Below, in pieces: positions 25,867 through 40,973 of a DNA stretch of 64,000 nt. Positions within the stretch are counted from its first letter, which is position 1. Each line of letters begins with the position of its first letter. The translations under genes and the position numbers were made by a program. Location of the stretch: NCBI RefSeq assembly GCF_009914755.1, contig NC_060940.1; one strand, written 5' to 3'. The notes beneath the pieces are model-generated. The model saw only the letters and a program-made list of their open reading frames with translations, had not been told where the DNA came from and made no database searches. This DNA is from the human T2T-CHM13v2.0 reference genome, Homo sapiens.

Positions 25867-27339
25867 GTCTAAAGCCATTGTCTCCTCCTTGTGATTGTTT
25901 GGCTACTTCTGACACATGCTTTCCTGATGAAGGGAAAAATTAACAGGCAGTAAGGAAAGGTATTGAAAGCAATTATCTTCTGAGTGAGACCCTCTCACTG
26001 ATAAGATGAATTGAAGGTCTTTGGAGAAAAATTCTGGGAAAAAGTGAACAAGTTGTAAGAAACTTTTCTGTTATAAAACAAAAAATTAGGGATGGCTCAG
26101 AACTTCTAGATCTTCCCCATGACTGGGGTGGGGCCAGTGGAGGGACATTCTGTGTGACCTTGTCCATCACTTGGGGAAGGTGTATTAGGAAAGAGTCACC
26201 CAGGTCTGATCATGACAGAGACAGGCAAAGCCATCATTTTTTCATTCAACAAACCAAAGACTACTTCTGTAGCTAAAAAAGCAAAGAGGAATGAGATATT
26301 GCCTCTACATTCCAGAAACTCACAATCTAGTCCAAGGAGGCCAAAACGTAGACAAATAAGGTGAGCAGTCCCCCAGACTGGGACTACAGAGCTAGGTGGA
26401 ATCTTAGATATGTTTTTATTTTTCTGGATCTTGATTTCTACCAAGTATAAAGGGATTTTCATTGATGTGGAGGAAAGTGTGCAAATGTTGAAATTCCTAG
26501 CCTCTCTCATGATGAAATGTCCATAAGATTATAATCAAAGGCTCAAGAAAGAGAATTTGCTCACAAGGAATGTCCATAATTTTCATTTCTCATTTTCTTG
26601 AAAAAAGTAATAGTTTGGTAAGTAGTGGGCTGTTTAAACTTGGCTCATTGCCCAGTGGTGTCTTTATCAATTCAGGTTCCCAGTTCCTTCCCGAATGCTC
26701 CTTACATTTCTATAGCTCTGGCCATTGGCATAGGCAGGGCACCAGGGTGAGATATTTCTCTGTCCCCACATCTCAGGTTGATGAGTGATGCAAGCCCCAT
26801 TGTATATGAAAAGCGGACTATTTTCTTCCTTTCCTGAATGCCAGTCCCCTCCAGCTGGGTTGGCTGGTTTCCCCTCACATTTCGCCCACATTACCCAAGG
26901 GAAGCAACGTGTCAAACCAGGCTATAGGCTTTGCTTTAATTGAAAGTCATGGAAGTAATTGGCTTGTTCTCTGTCAATTGCTACATCTTCATCACTCTCA
27001 TTATCATCAATTCTATCAACTCGTTCATTCATTCATTTAGCAACCATTCAGTGTTAAATCAAAGGGGGTGTGAAATGGAAATGGTTCACTTTGGCAGGGA
27101 AGAATATTTTATCATCGACATTGTTTCAAATTGCTTGTGCATGGTGATAATATAAAGCAGATAAAATCTTAGTGATTCTATTAGTGTTTAAAAATGTCCT
27201 ACTGACAATGTACTCTATGCCTGCACTAGGAGCAGACTCTACAATCATCTTGATCTCGATACACTACTGCTACCATTTATTGAGTGTCCACTAGGTGTAA
27301 GAAACTTTGTTAGAATCTGGTCATACACGGATTGCTGCA

Positions 27340-27575
27340 CAACAGCACAGTGGTTAAGAAGTGGGTAGTAGCACCAGACTGCCTGGGTCTATTACTGCCA
27401 AGTGTAAACTAAGCTACTTAACCTGTCTGGGTCTCAGTTTTCTCACTTGTGAAATAGGGAACAGTAATAATACCTATCTTAATTTAATTTAAAATTAAAT
27501 AAAATAATGTACGTAAAGCACATAGCACAATGCCTGGCACACACTAACATCTCAGTATATGCTAGCTATTATTTA
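27340..27575 (+). mobile_element. MIR
   Basis: GCACAGTGGTTAAGA, TCTCAGTTTTCTCACTTGTGAAATAGG, GCACAATGCCTGGCAC. Confidence 0.85.
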
Positions 27576-27930
27576 TTCCAGTAAATATTTGTTGAGCCTC
27601 TCTTGAGTGCCTGACAATGTGCAAGGGACTGGATGGGGATGAGCAAAATGGTTTCTTCCCAGGCCAATGGGGGAGAGAGGAGGGGTTATTTCTGCCTATG
27701 GAGAAGGGGTGAGGAAAATTTTCACAGAGTAGAGAATATTTGAGTTAAATCTTAAAGAAGGGATAGGATTTTTTTGTTTTTTCAGGAAGGGAAATGGGTT
27801 TGATGTGGCCGGAGCAAAGGTGAGGTGGAGGTGAGTATGGTGGGAGACGAGGCTGGAGAGATGGGCAGGGGCTGAATCATGTACAGTCTTGCTGAGAAGC
27901 TTGGGCTTTATGCCTCGTAGTTGATGAGAG
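27576..27930 (-). mobile_element. L2 fragment
   Basis: AAATATTTGTTGAGC, GGGAGACGAGGCTGGAGAGATGGGCAGGGGC. Confidence 0.7.
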
Positions 27931-27931
27931 G

Positions 27932-28410
27932 TGTTTCAGTCAGTCTAGGCTAAGTTATGTTGCCATAACAAGTATCCTCAAACATCTTGGTGGCTTGAAA
28001 CAACACAAGCCTATATCTCACATATGTCATCGTCCAATGTATGGAGTGCCTCTAGCTCTGCTCCATGGGCCTTTACTCAGGAATCTATGCTGAAGGAGCC
28101 ACCCCTTCAGCCACCTGTGGGACATCCTGGACTCTTAGCAGAGAGGGAAAAAGAGACCTGCAATGACTCTTGAAGCTTCTGCTCAGAAGGTACACATTTC
28201 ACATTCACTCAGATCTTATTGGCCAATGCGAGTCACATGACTCAGCTTGCTGTCAATTCACTGGCCAAAGCAAGTCACATGACTCACCTTGCTGTCAATT
28301 CATTAGCTAAAACAAGTCACATGACTCAGGTTGCCATCAATGGGAGCAAGAAGCAATTCTTCCATAGGGAAGAACAGCAAATGTTTTGAACAACAACTGA
28401 ATCTACTACA
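27932..28410 (-). mobile_element. MLT1-type LTR with internal 3x42-bp tandem repeat
   Basis: TAGGCTAAGTTATGTTGCCATAACAA, GGTGGCTTGAAACAACA, ATTGGCCAA..AGTCACATG, ends AATCTACTACA. Confidence 0.75.
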
Positions 28411-28529
28411 GGATATCATGATCAGATCTGGATTGTGAGGAGCAAATGTATCAGCAGGTATGAAACTGTCACACATTGTAAAGCTCTATTCAAATACCAA
28501 TAGTTATCACTAGTTTTGGTAATTAGAGA

Positions 28530-28916
28530 TGCACCACCTGGATCCTTCTTCAAAAAAGAACTTTCTGCACAGCTTCAAGGAGTGTGATCAGCAGATAGCC
28601 TGCAACTAACAGCTCCTTCATCTGTAGAGATCTACATCATCATAGTCTTTCCAGGGCAGCCAACATCCAATCACTGAATGCGGCATATATACAAAGTTTG
28701 GCCCATTCTTGCCAGAAGGAGGACAACCCCAATGGACAATATTCCATCCAGATCTCCTTGCTGGGTTGTCCCATGCTAGCCTGGTTGCAGTTGAACTTCT
28801 CCCTCTGCCCAATCTTGTTGCCTCAGCCTTCCTGTCGCAGGTGTTGATTCCTTGCTTAATGTATTGCATCCCAAATTGTATCTCAACATCTGCTTCTGGA
28901 GAACTCAATCTTTGAC
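28530..28916 (+). mobile_element. LTR16-like ERVL LTR
   Basis: CCAGGGCAGCCAACATCCAATCACTGA, ACTTCTCCCTCTGCCCAATC, CAGGTGTTGATTCC, ATCTGCTTCTGGAGAAC. Confidence 0.7.
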
Positions 28917-29349
28917 CTTATTATAATAGTAATAATAATCATAATATAATTACTTGTATAGTATACAGTAACGCCAACAGCAAGATAGATGCAAGGGCCA
29001 GCAAAAGGAAACAAACCAGATTGCAGAATTAGTAATTAAGGCAATAGATTATTCTTTGAGGTTTCATCTGGCAAAAACACCATTTTGTTGCTTAAGGGTT
29101 TTGTGCTTCTGGGGTAGATATTCCAGGGCTCCACTATCAGGTCCTTTCTGGAATCAACCAGAAGCTGACATGTCAGTCCCAGGCCATTTGAAACTGAGAG
29201 TTCTGGGCCAGGAATAGCCCTTTAAGAGAACACACTAGCTTTTAGCTGCCAAAGTTCTCTAAGAATATCCACGCTGAAGCATATGCTATTCTGAAGTCTG
29301 GTTCTTTGTTTAAATTAGTAATATCTCTCTTGATGTCTCTGTTTATTAG

Positions 29350-29942
<593 letters not shown>

Positions 29943-30677
29943 TAGTCTGATCACTTCACCTGATGACTCTGGAATAAGAGTCCTTTCTACTGATAAGTCC
30001 ACACCATGTGGAAAAATTACGGCAGCCTTTTGTTCCCTCCTATGCCCAGTAAAATTTTTTTTTGACTAATGTCTCATTGAAAGATGGGTTAAAAGATGAG
30101 AAGGATTTCCTCTTAGATGCAAGCTCTTCTCGGTCATTGGCAGGTTCCTAAGGAGTTAGATTGAGAAGGTTTCTGCAAAAGCTTGTAGGTTCTGCAGGAA
30201 ACAGAACAAGGATTAATTATTGATGTCTGTCTCCAAGTAGAATTAGGAAGTGATGACACACATGATACCACCTTGCATTCTCCATGGCATTTCAACAGAA
30301 TGTATCCTTTCCCTTTCAGGAGTTTTCAAGCCTGTCTCAGCTTGTGAGAAGTCAAGTCCAGTTTTGCCTTGGCAACAATCCTAACCTTCTGTATCTGGCC
30401 AGATGGAGTTGGATGAAATATATTTGTTGGCTCTGAAATGGGAGGCAGATAGTGGAATCCATAATAGATGCTGTTGTGTGGGGATCCTAATACGGCAGTA
30501 GTGATTGGAGTCTGAGTTCATGAAAAAATATGTCTCAAGAAACCTGGAAAATGAATGAGTGACCCCCAAGTTGAGATAAGTAAAAGATCAACTCACTTAT
30601 TACATCTATTAGCATAAATAGTGTTGAATTGATCACACTAGGGAGGCTCGTTAGAGAGCCCATAACGGAGGATCTAA

Positions 30678-30977
<300 letters not shown>

Positions 30978-31184
30978 GGAGGATCAAATCTTTAATCATG
31001 TTCCCTGCCTCATTTCTTTGATCATGCATGCTGCATCTAACTATTCCTGGGCCCCAGTTCATTCCTCTTCCTATGGCTTTGTCCAGCTGTTTCTTTGCCT
31101 GAAATGCCATTTTCTCACTCTGTTTTCATGGCTAACTCGTATTTTTCTTCAGGACTAAGCGCAAGTAGATTCCCAAGGATGCTG

Positions 31185-31540
31185 CATCTCAGATGTTACA
31201 TGAATGATAGTTCACACAGATAATTTGGTAAAATAGATTTCTGGGCTTTAGCTCCAGAGATTCTGACTCGGTGGGTCTGGGGTAAAGCCTGAGAATTTGC
31301 ATTTATGCACACCCAAAAGTGATGGTGATGCCGCTAGTCCCTGGGCTATATTTTGAGTGGCTGTGCTCTAGGACTTTGCTTCTCTACCTGTGTTCTGTGG
31401 ACTAGCAACAGCAGCAGCATCTGAGAGCCTGATGGAAATGCAAAATCTGAGGCCTCATCCCAGAGCAACTGAATCAGAAGCTGCATTTTAATAAAATGTG
31501 TGGGTAACTCATAGATTGGAACTTGAGACCAATGGTCCAG
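31185..31540. mobile_element. Two adjacent MER5A relics in opposite orientation, inside an L2
   Basis: GATTCTGACTCGGTGGGTCTGGGG..AATTTGCATTT, then GAAATGCAAAATCTGAGGCCTCATCCCAG..ACTGAATCAGAA. Confidence 0.7.
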
Positions 31541-32379
31541 GAACTCTTCTTTGACCTTCCTTTCCTAGAATAGGTGCTTACATTTTCCACAGTGTCCTTC
31601 TCCTACACTGTTTCATCCTTATCACACTATTATAATCAGGATGGCTACTTTTTAGACCTTAAGCTTTTGATAACAGGGGCGGCATCTTCATCACTGTAGA
31701 TTCATCTCCTATGACACTGCCTGGCATATAGGAGATTCTCAGAAAATATAAATTGAATGAACAGATATGGCAGCCCCCAGACCTTAGACTCCACGAACTA
31801 CCCCTCCTCTCAGCCTCATTCAAGTTGTCTTTTGTAGACTCTTGAAGAAAGATTTTCCTTAGTGGTTCACAATTATGGATGGATGTCTCACAAGGGGAGT
31901 CTTTGAGCCGTTTAGGAGGACTAGAGTGTTCCACACATATCATCTCTTGTTCACATGCAAAGAATTGCTGCCCTATGAGTCATTTTCCCCCATTCATGTG
32001 AGCATGTTATGAGGATTCCTATTTGGAAACTTTTATTATTTTTTTTTTGTAGGATTCATGGCTCCTGACATGGCCAGAGTGTCTGACCCCTTATTTGCAG
32101 TTTTTAATTCCATGGTACCCACCTTTACCTTTGCTTTTTGATTCATTGGACATCTTGGGCTTGGAGCATCTATTAGGACACCCTGAAGCATTGCGGGATG
32201 GAGGGGAGGAAGATGTAGCTGATGCAACTCCTATCCTCAAACGTGGGGTACTAAGTTGCGAATTAGAGGAATGAAGTTGTCACCACTACAGTGCCATTAC
32301 CTTCCACTGTGGCCTCAGAAATATCATCCTTTCTGACTGTTTTCTCATTGCAGGGTTGGGTTTTATTTGTAATTTGTTT

Positions 32380-32740
32380 CTTCACTTCTTCATTTCTCTT
32401 CCTTAACTTTATTCCCTCTATTATCTCCCTCCCTCCCTTCCCTCACTCCCTTCCTTTCTTCTTGCCATCTTTCTTTTCTTTCTAATTCCCTTCCTCTATC
32501 TCTTCCTTCTTCCCTCTTTTTTTAACTTTCTCCATCCCCTCCTCTCACTTGCTTTTCCTTTCTTCACACCCCTTCCCTCCCTCCCCTCCCTCCCTCCCTC
32601 CGTCCCTCCCTTCCTTCTTTCCTTCCTTCCTTCCTTCCTTCCTTCCTTCCTTCCTTCTTCTCTTCCTCTTCCTCTCCCTCTTTCTCTCTCTCTCTTCCTT
32701 CCTTCCTGTCTTTCTTTTCTCCCTTCATCCCTTCCTTTAC
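32380..32740. repeat. CT-rich tract with (CCTT)n/(CCCT)n
   Basis: Polypyrimidine low complexity. Confidence 0.9.
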
Positions 32741-33263
32741 TTTATCGGTAAAGTAGAACCACTCCCTTAAGGATTTCCTGTGGAGTGCCAATATGGAAGC
32801 CTGCTATAAACAGAGTTGCCCTAGTTGAAGTGTGCATGGCATGGTCTGTAGCACGAGTCTCCTCCGCATTCCCTGTCTTGGAAACAATTCTTCAGAATTC
32901 CAGATTTCGTAAAATTCAGTTTCCAAACCACTGGAATTGACCATCTGAGGTGGACATTTTGTTCCTAACAATTTAAGGTTCATATGAGTAAACAAGACAA
33001 GTCAGGTTAGAACCTGTTATTTGGCATTGCTCAGCAAGGCAGCTTTAAAACTGTCACCTTGGAACCTCAGAAGAGGCAGGCCTTGCTCTTCAGAGTCACT
33101 CATTAAGCTACTGGCTCTGACTCAGTTGAGGTCCCTGGCTGTCTATATCCTGGTGGCTTTGTCACAGCCTCACCCACCTCTCACCTGACTGCCCAGCTTG
33201 GCTCTGGCTTTATGCTTTGGCTTTTGACCCTCGGTCATTCCTTCTTGTTTTGCGAGTAGATAG

Positions 33264-33399
33264 TCCCCTCCCCTCTCCTCTCCTCTCCTCTCTTCTCCTT
33301 TCCTCTTCTCTTCCCTTCCCTTCCCTTCCCTTCCCTTCCCTTCCCTTCCCTTCCCTCCCCTCCCCTCCCCTCCCCTCCCCTCCCCTTCCCTTCCCTTTC
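33264..33399. repeat. (CTTCC)n/(CTCCC)n pentamer array in Alu tail
   Basis: Compound pentanucleotide repeat abutting the antisense Alu. Confidence 0.9.
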
Positions 33400-33710
<311 letters not shown>

Positions 33711-33789
33711 TAAACATCTCCTTATTTGTCCATTTAATAAATCCACCCAACACAGATTTATTATAGCAAGTTCTGCATTTAATTTACAG

Positions 33790-34250
33790 CAAGTTCTGCA
33801 AGTTCAGACACAGTACTAGGTACTGGGGATGCAGGGATACATCAGACACTATCCTTGCCTTCAGTTATCTCATAATCTGTGTAAACATGTGAATAGATCA
33901 GTATCAATTACTGTGACAAGTGCAATGATAGGAACATGTGGACAGCAGTGATGGGAGAGTGTGAATTCTGTAGGGAGGGTTTGAGGGGTCAGGAAAGGTT
34001 TCCAGCTAGGTTTTGAATGAAACACCCAATAACTAGACTAGGAAGTTAGAAGGCATTTGAAAGTATGAGACTGGATGTACAAAGTCACAGAGCATGTCTG
34101 GCACAACTGTGGGCACTTAGGATTATCTAGAAATACTGGCATGTAAAGGGGGAAGGAGAATGGAGGATGCTGAACCTGGAGAAATAGGACCAGATCATGA
34201 AAGCCCTGGTGTATTACTTGAAGGAGATTCATCTTGTAGATGGTAGAACA
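33790..34250 (-). mobile_element. L2 fragment
   Basis: CAGTACTAGGTACTGGGGAT, TGTGACAAGTGCAATGA, GTCAGGAAAGGTTTCC, GGACCAGATCATGAAAGCCCT. Confidence 0.7.
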
Positions 34251-34613
34251 ACAGTGAAGCCTTTCACCGAATCCCCTTATCCTTCATAATTAATCATGGA
34301 AAATTTAGAGGACAAAGAAAAATTAAAGCAAGAAAAAAAAATCCATTGACTTTGCATATGGAATCCTACCATCTAAAGGCAACCATTGCTCTTATTCTTG
34401 CTTATTTCCTTCCAGTCTTTTTTCTACGCAGGTTTTTTTCTACCATGGTGATAATGACAATGGAGAGATTTAAACAAGAGACTTAAATTCAGACTTGCCT
34501 ATTACAGCAGTCACTTTATGAGCTGAGGAATAGCTTGAACCCTACACACAATCTCAATGAACTAGAAATCACTTATCATCTTTTGTTTTTCATTTTTTAT
34601 TATTAAAGAGATG

Positions 34614-34917
34614 GGCTGGGTGCAGTGGCTCACACCTGTAATCCCAGCACTTTGGGAGGCCAAGGCAAGCAGATCATGAGGTCAAGAGATCGAGACCATC
34701 CTGGCTAACATGGTGAAACCCCATCTCTACTGAAAATACAAATTTAGCCAGGTGTGGTGGTACGTGCCTGTAGTCCCAGCTACTGGAGAGGCTGAGTCAC
34801 GAGAATCGCTGAACCCAAGAGGTGGAGGTTGCAGTGAACTGAGATCACGCCACTATACTCCAGCCAGGTGACAGAGCAAGACTCCATCTCAAATATATAT
34901 ATATAATAAAATAAAAT
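34614..34917 (+). mobile_element. AluSc-like element
   Basis: GTCAAGAGATCGAGACCATCCTGG diagnostic; AT-rich tail. Confidence 0.95.
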
Positions 34918-36190
34918 AGTTTAGATTTACAGAAAACTTGCAAAGGTGATATGAAGAGCTCTTGTATCCTCCTTGCCCTCGTTTGTCATTTAAGTCTTTC
35001 AATTAAGTAGTCAACATTACTTGCTGTTAGTCAAATAAGGAAATAGGCAAGTCATGGGGATTTGTCTACTAACATAATGGCTAATCACTGCCTCCCTTTA
35101 CCTCCTCCATCCTTTATGTCTGTAATAACTGGACATTGAGAACAAGAGTTCACATTGACAACCCTGGAGAGACAGATCTGTAGATCTTCCATGCTGAAGC
35201 AGGAAATTAACTCAGATTGTAGAAAGATTACGCACTGCACAAGTTGAAATAAACACAGCTTTCTATTCTACCTGAAACAACATTACAGTGTCCCCATTCT
35301 AGGAGCATTTCTGAGGCTCAGCATTGAATCCATAGCCAGTTCGAGGTGGTTCTGCTGGGTATGACTCTAGGTCTCTCTTGTCTACGTGTGGACTGGGCGA
35401 AGTGGGAGTCTAGAAATCATTCTAATTTGGCTAGGAATGGGGCGTCTAGCAGGCCCAAGCTGCTTGGTGTAGGCACGATTACTTATTAGGTCTTCCCTAA
35501 GCCCAGATCAGTAATAGCCCACGTGTTCCCTTCTGTAGCTATTCAGTTTGAGTTCCCCGAACTATATTGCCTGAGGCGGGCAGTTTAATTTTTTGCAGTT
35601 TCTGAGTTTTTCCAGGTTTCACTGGGTTTTCATGCTCTGGCTAGATGCAGGTAATCAGAGCTAATTTATTGTACGCTTCTGTGGCCAGCTGCAGTGGGAA
35701 CTATCTAAGTAAGTAAGAACCGGTAGTCAATACTCAAACTCCAAGTCTTCATATAGAGTTGTCTGTAGTTTCCTTGCCTCTCCTGTGAAGTCTGCAGGCA
35801 ATGCCTTCTTTCTCCTTCTGCCAGATAGTCCTTTTGATTTTTCATCATCTGGCTCAAGGTACCCTGCCTTTTGTTTACTCCAAGTTCGTTACTTTATTAT
35901 CATCTCATTATTACCTTTATTTTATTACCATCTCATTATTTCACAGAGTGGGGGGGATGTTTCCATGGTGATACAGCAACCTTACCATGTTGAACACACT
36001 GAAAGCACATTAGCACACTGGCTAGGGATTTATTTTTAGAGGGGACATGATTCAGGATGCTATAGAGACTGTAACAGAGCTATATGGCCCTTCCTAATTT
36101 CCTTTTTTATATATTTAATGGGAGGGGATATATTCAAATTAGTGGGGATGAACTTAGCATTCTGTAAGGGTGGATGAAGAACCTCTGTAG

Positions 36191-36523
<333 letters not shown>

Positions 36524-36969
36524 TCTCCTTTATTCTAATTAGCCTGCTTACTTCATGAAAGCTTTTAGCCTAACACCACGGTGTACCAAGGATGAATATA
36601 TCCCCGTACCTATCCTTCTGGAATTCAGAGCCATCCAGGAAGGAAGCAGTTACAACAGAAGGTGATTTGAATTTCACATGAGGCAGAGGAAAGGCCAGTG
36701 GGTCAGCTGCATGGGTCCCCTATGGGAAGCTGTACTGTGATCTGGTCACCATTTCCCTACCGTGCTCCCCAGCCTTAGTGGTGATCCCTCTTGATGTGAT
36801 CATGCTGCAGGGACTGATTCCCACTAGATTGATGTATAAACCATCATGCAAATATATCTCTTTCCATTGAAGACAAGAGCCAGCCATCAAACAGACAATG
36901 CAGAGGCAAATGAATTCTCCCCCATGGGCCAAACCACATAGGAAGCTACATTACAATCCCTGAGGCAGT

Positions 36970-37180
36970 ACCATTGGCAATGCTTGAGCTAGCTTGTCCT
37001 GAGTGACTCATAAGGACCAATTGCTCACATCTCTTCCCAAATCCACATTCAGTGACTTTACATCGACTGCTTATAGTTGACCATGGTGGGGATATTTACA
37101 CCATGATCATTGGAAAATCTTATAAATTAGGACTTATTTTATCCCCCAGAAATCTGATTGCTGCACATTTGTCACCAAGA
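36970..37180. mobile_element. MER63A-like hAT relic
   Basis: CATCTCTTCCCAAATCCACATTCAGTGAC ... CCATGGTGGGGATATTTACACCA. Confidence 0.75.
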
Positions 37181-37322
37181 GCATTTGATCTATTTCATAA
37201 AATAAACTCAGTTGGTTAAATAGGGTACCATATGTTTGGGAGGGGCATGGTCAATGTCTTTTTCTTTTACTTTTCTCACTGAAGGTATGGATGATCAAGA
37301 AGCCTTCTGACAGATGAATTAG

Positions 37323-37664
<342 letters not shown>

Positions 37665-38456
37665 GGGGCTAGTTCTTGAACATCACCTATCTCTGCTCTG
37701 GTGTGCATCTTGTATTCAGTGGGTAATTTGGCTTCTAGGTTCTGAGTTCTTTGGGATCACCTCACTGTTGACCATGTGCATATTACGAGGTCGGGGAAAG
37801 AAGAGATGAAACTAAAAAAATAGAGAGAAAAGGGTTGCTATCATTTTTAGTGACTTCTATCATCTTAAATGTCTTTGCTAAACAATAGAAATAGATTTAA
37901 TGGAAGCTAAAGTTTTATGCTGAAACTGGACTTCTGTTGATTTTGGGCCTTGGTTTGGACAAATGGAGGGCAGCGGAAGCCACCACTAAGTGGATTTTGC
38001 TCTTCTTAATGAGGGATATAGTGCCAAAAAATTAAGTTTCTTTCATTAGTGAAAATGAGGCTCCTCCATCAACTTTCACATTATACAAAGAAAGAAGGGG
38101 GAAAAATCTAGGCAAGAGAGAAGGAGGGAGGTTAGGCAAAGTAAACAATTATTTTTGATTTATTGATCCCTGCAAGAAGATAGAGCTTTTGGCAGAGGAG
38201 GGAGCATCTTTCTTAATTAGTGTCATGATTTTCTGGCAGTGATTGACAATGTTCCTTCGACCCTATTGTTTTCTTAGTGCTGGCTGCTTCCCATGTGTTC
38301 CTTGCCAGGTAGCTTGCAGACCCTATCGCAGGGATGAGAGATACAGAGGATTCTCAGCATCTCCCGAAACGACAGGAGCACCTGCATTGCAGCATAGTCC
38401 ATTTTTGAAACCAGCCCTGCCCTCAAATCCCAATTCTAGCACTTAGTAGTTATGTG

Positions 38457-38828
<372 letters not shown>

Positions 38829-39119
38829 CTACAAAAGGGAATAATCGTGATTTTTGTTGAGAGAATTAAAGATGAAGTGTGGAGTACATTGTATAGTGCA
38901 TGTGGAAAGTGAGTTATTAATAATAGTGATGGTTGGAGAGATTAATTGCAATCTGCCAGTAGGTGCAGTACTCATTACCTTAACAGATACTTACTGAGCA
39001 CCTACTGTGTGCCAGGCATTGTTCTAAACCCTGAAGTTACATCAGTAAACAAAACACACAAAAAAATTCTGTCTTCATAGAACTGACATTCCAATACCTG
39101 ATTTAAAATTCATAGTGAG

Positions 39120-39420
39120 GGCTGGGCGAGGTGGCTCGCGCCTGTAATCCCAGCACTATGGGAGGCCAAGGCAGGCAGATTGCTTGAGGTCGAGAGTTTG
39201 AGACCAACCTGGCCAACATGGCAAAACCCTGTCTTTACTAAAGATACAAAAATTAGCGAGGTGTGGTGGTGTGTGCCTGTGGTCCCGGCTACTTGGGAGG
39301 CTGAGGTGGGAGAATTTCCCTTGAACCCGGGAGGGGAAGGTTGCAGTGAGCCGAGATTGCACCACTGCACTCCAGGCTGGGTGACAGAGTGAGTGAGACT
39401 CCGTCTCAATGAAAATAAAA
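39120..39420 (+). mobile_element. AluS element
   Basis: Full dimer; TSD-like AAAATT(CAT/GAC)AGTG. Confidence 0.95.
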
Positions 39421-39570
39421 TTGACAGTGGAAGTGATTATTTGAATTGAGAAGATGCTGGAGGTCTCAGCCTAATGGACTAGGCTCTGAAATGAAGCCAG
39501 GTTTCCTGCATTCAGGATATGAAAAGGGCATAATCCAAGCCTATTAGGAGGAAGTTAGGTGCATAGCTTT

Positions 39571-39797
39571 TATTTTTTTTTAATTTTTGTGTTTAATTTT
39601 TGTGAGTACATGTAGGTGTATTTATTTATGGGGTACATGAGTGATTTTGATACAGGCATGTAATGCATAATAATTACATCAGGGTAAATGGGGTATCCAT
39701 CACCTCAAGCATTCATCCTTTCTTTGTGTTACAGACAACTCAATTGTACTCTTTTTGTTATTTGAAAATGTATGATCAATTATTGTTGTCTGTAGTC
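39571..39797 (-). mobile_element. L1MA 3' end, 5'-truncated
   Basis: TATTTATGGGGTACATGAG, AATGGGGTATCCATCACCTCAAGCATT; TSD TAGGT(G/C)CA(T/C)AGCTTTT. Confidence 0.9.
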
Positions 39798-40159
39798 TAG
39801 GTCCACAGCTTTTAAAGCCAACATTTATTGAGCCCTTGGAATGAGGCAATATCTCATTCAACCCTTTGAGATGGTTTATTATATGAAGCAACAGAAGTAC
39901 AAAAAGTTTAAAAACTTGTCCAAGACCGCACATCTTAACGTTGTCAGAATCAGGTTTCAATCCCAGATGTGCCTAATCCTGAAATCATGCTCTTAGGTGT
40001 ATTAACAGGGCACCAACTCAATGAATGGGATCTGTTCTCCAAATTCTTCTTCCCTCCAGTTTCAGATATAGATTATGGGACGAGGTTTCTGGAGAAAAGT
40101 CTGATTTCAGTCAATTTTAGTTTATAAGCTTTATAAAGGAAAGAAGCATACTTTTTGTT

Positions 40160-40256
40160 TGGCACATTCTAGAGCCTAAATGATCCACTGGAATCTATCA
40201 ATTGCTCAACATATTTGGGATGAATGAGTGAATGAATGAATGAATGAATGAGTGAG
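40160..40256 (+). mobile_element. L2 3' end with (GAAT)n tail
   Basis: TGCTCAACATATTTGGGATGAATGAGTGAATGAATG. Confidence 0.7.
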
Positions 40257-40675
40257 TATAGTATAATGTGTCCTTATTCTTTCTGCAAATAAGAGGGACT
40301 TATTGAGCACAAAAGACAGCAAGATGCATATTGTTTTTGGCTGAGATAGCATTGCCTTTGAGGAACAGTCAGTAAATGGGTGAGCCTAGAAGATATGGTG
40401 ACACGGAAGAATGGTAGGAAATAAGAAACTAGCAGGGCCAGGGTCTTTGAGGGTATGATAAGGAGATTGAATTCTATCTAAGGGCTGTGGGGAGCCACTG
40501 AATAGCTGTGACTGGAGCGGGAAAGAGTTAAGACAAGATTCTACAACCAAGGGTTTGCCCAAGGTCAGGTCATAAAATAGTGACAGCAGGAACTAGAAAC
40601 TTTAAGGCTAGGGATTTTTTTTCTTCTAAGCTACACTGTGTTTTCTTCATTCTTACAAAAAAGTGTAAACTGAGC

Positions 40676-40973
40676 TTTTTTTTTTTTTTTTTTTTTTTTC
40701 CAGTCTCGCTCTGTCACCCAGGCTGGAGTGCAATGGCGTGATCTTGGCTCACTGCAACCTCCGCCTCCAGGCTCAAACAATTCTCCTGCCTCAGCCTCCC
40801 GAGTAGCTGGGACTACAGGTGCACAACACCACGCCTGGCTAATTTTTGTATTTTTAGTAGAGACAGGGTTTCACCACGTTGGCCAGGCTGGTCTCGAACT
40901 CTGACCTCAGGTGATCTGCCTGCCTTGGCCTCCCAAAGTGTGGGACTATAGGCGTAAGCCACCACGCCCAGCC
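40676..40973 (-). mobile_element. AluS element
   Basis: Full antisense dimer; TSD AACTGAGCTTT. Confidence 0.95.

Noticed and set aside
25315-25878. 187-aa ORF
   Set aside because: Lies over MER20 and MIR; no recognisable domain
28219-28341. Regularly spaced repeats as a CRISPR-like array
   Set aside because: Contiguous tandem units with no unique spacers, in a mammalian LTR; no cas genes
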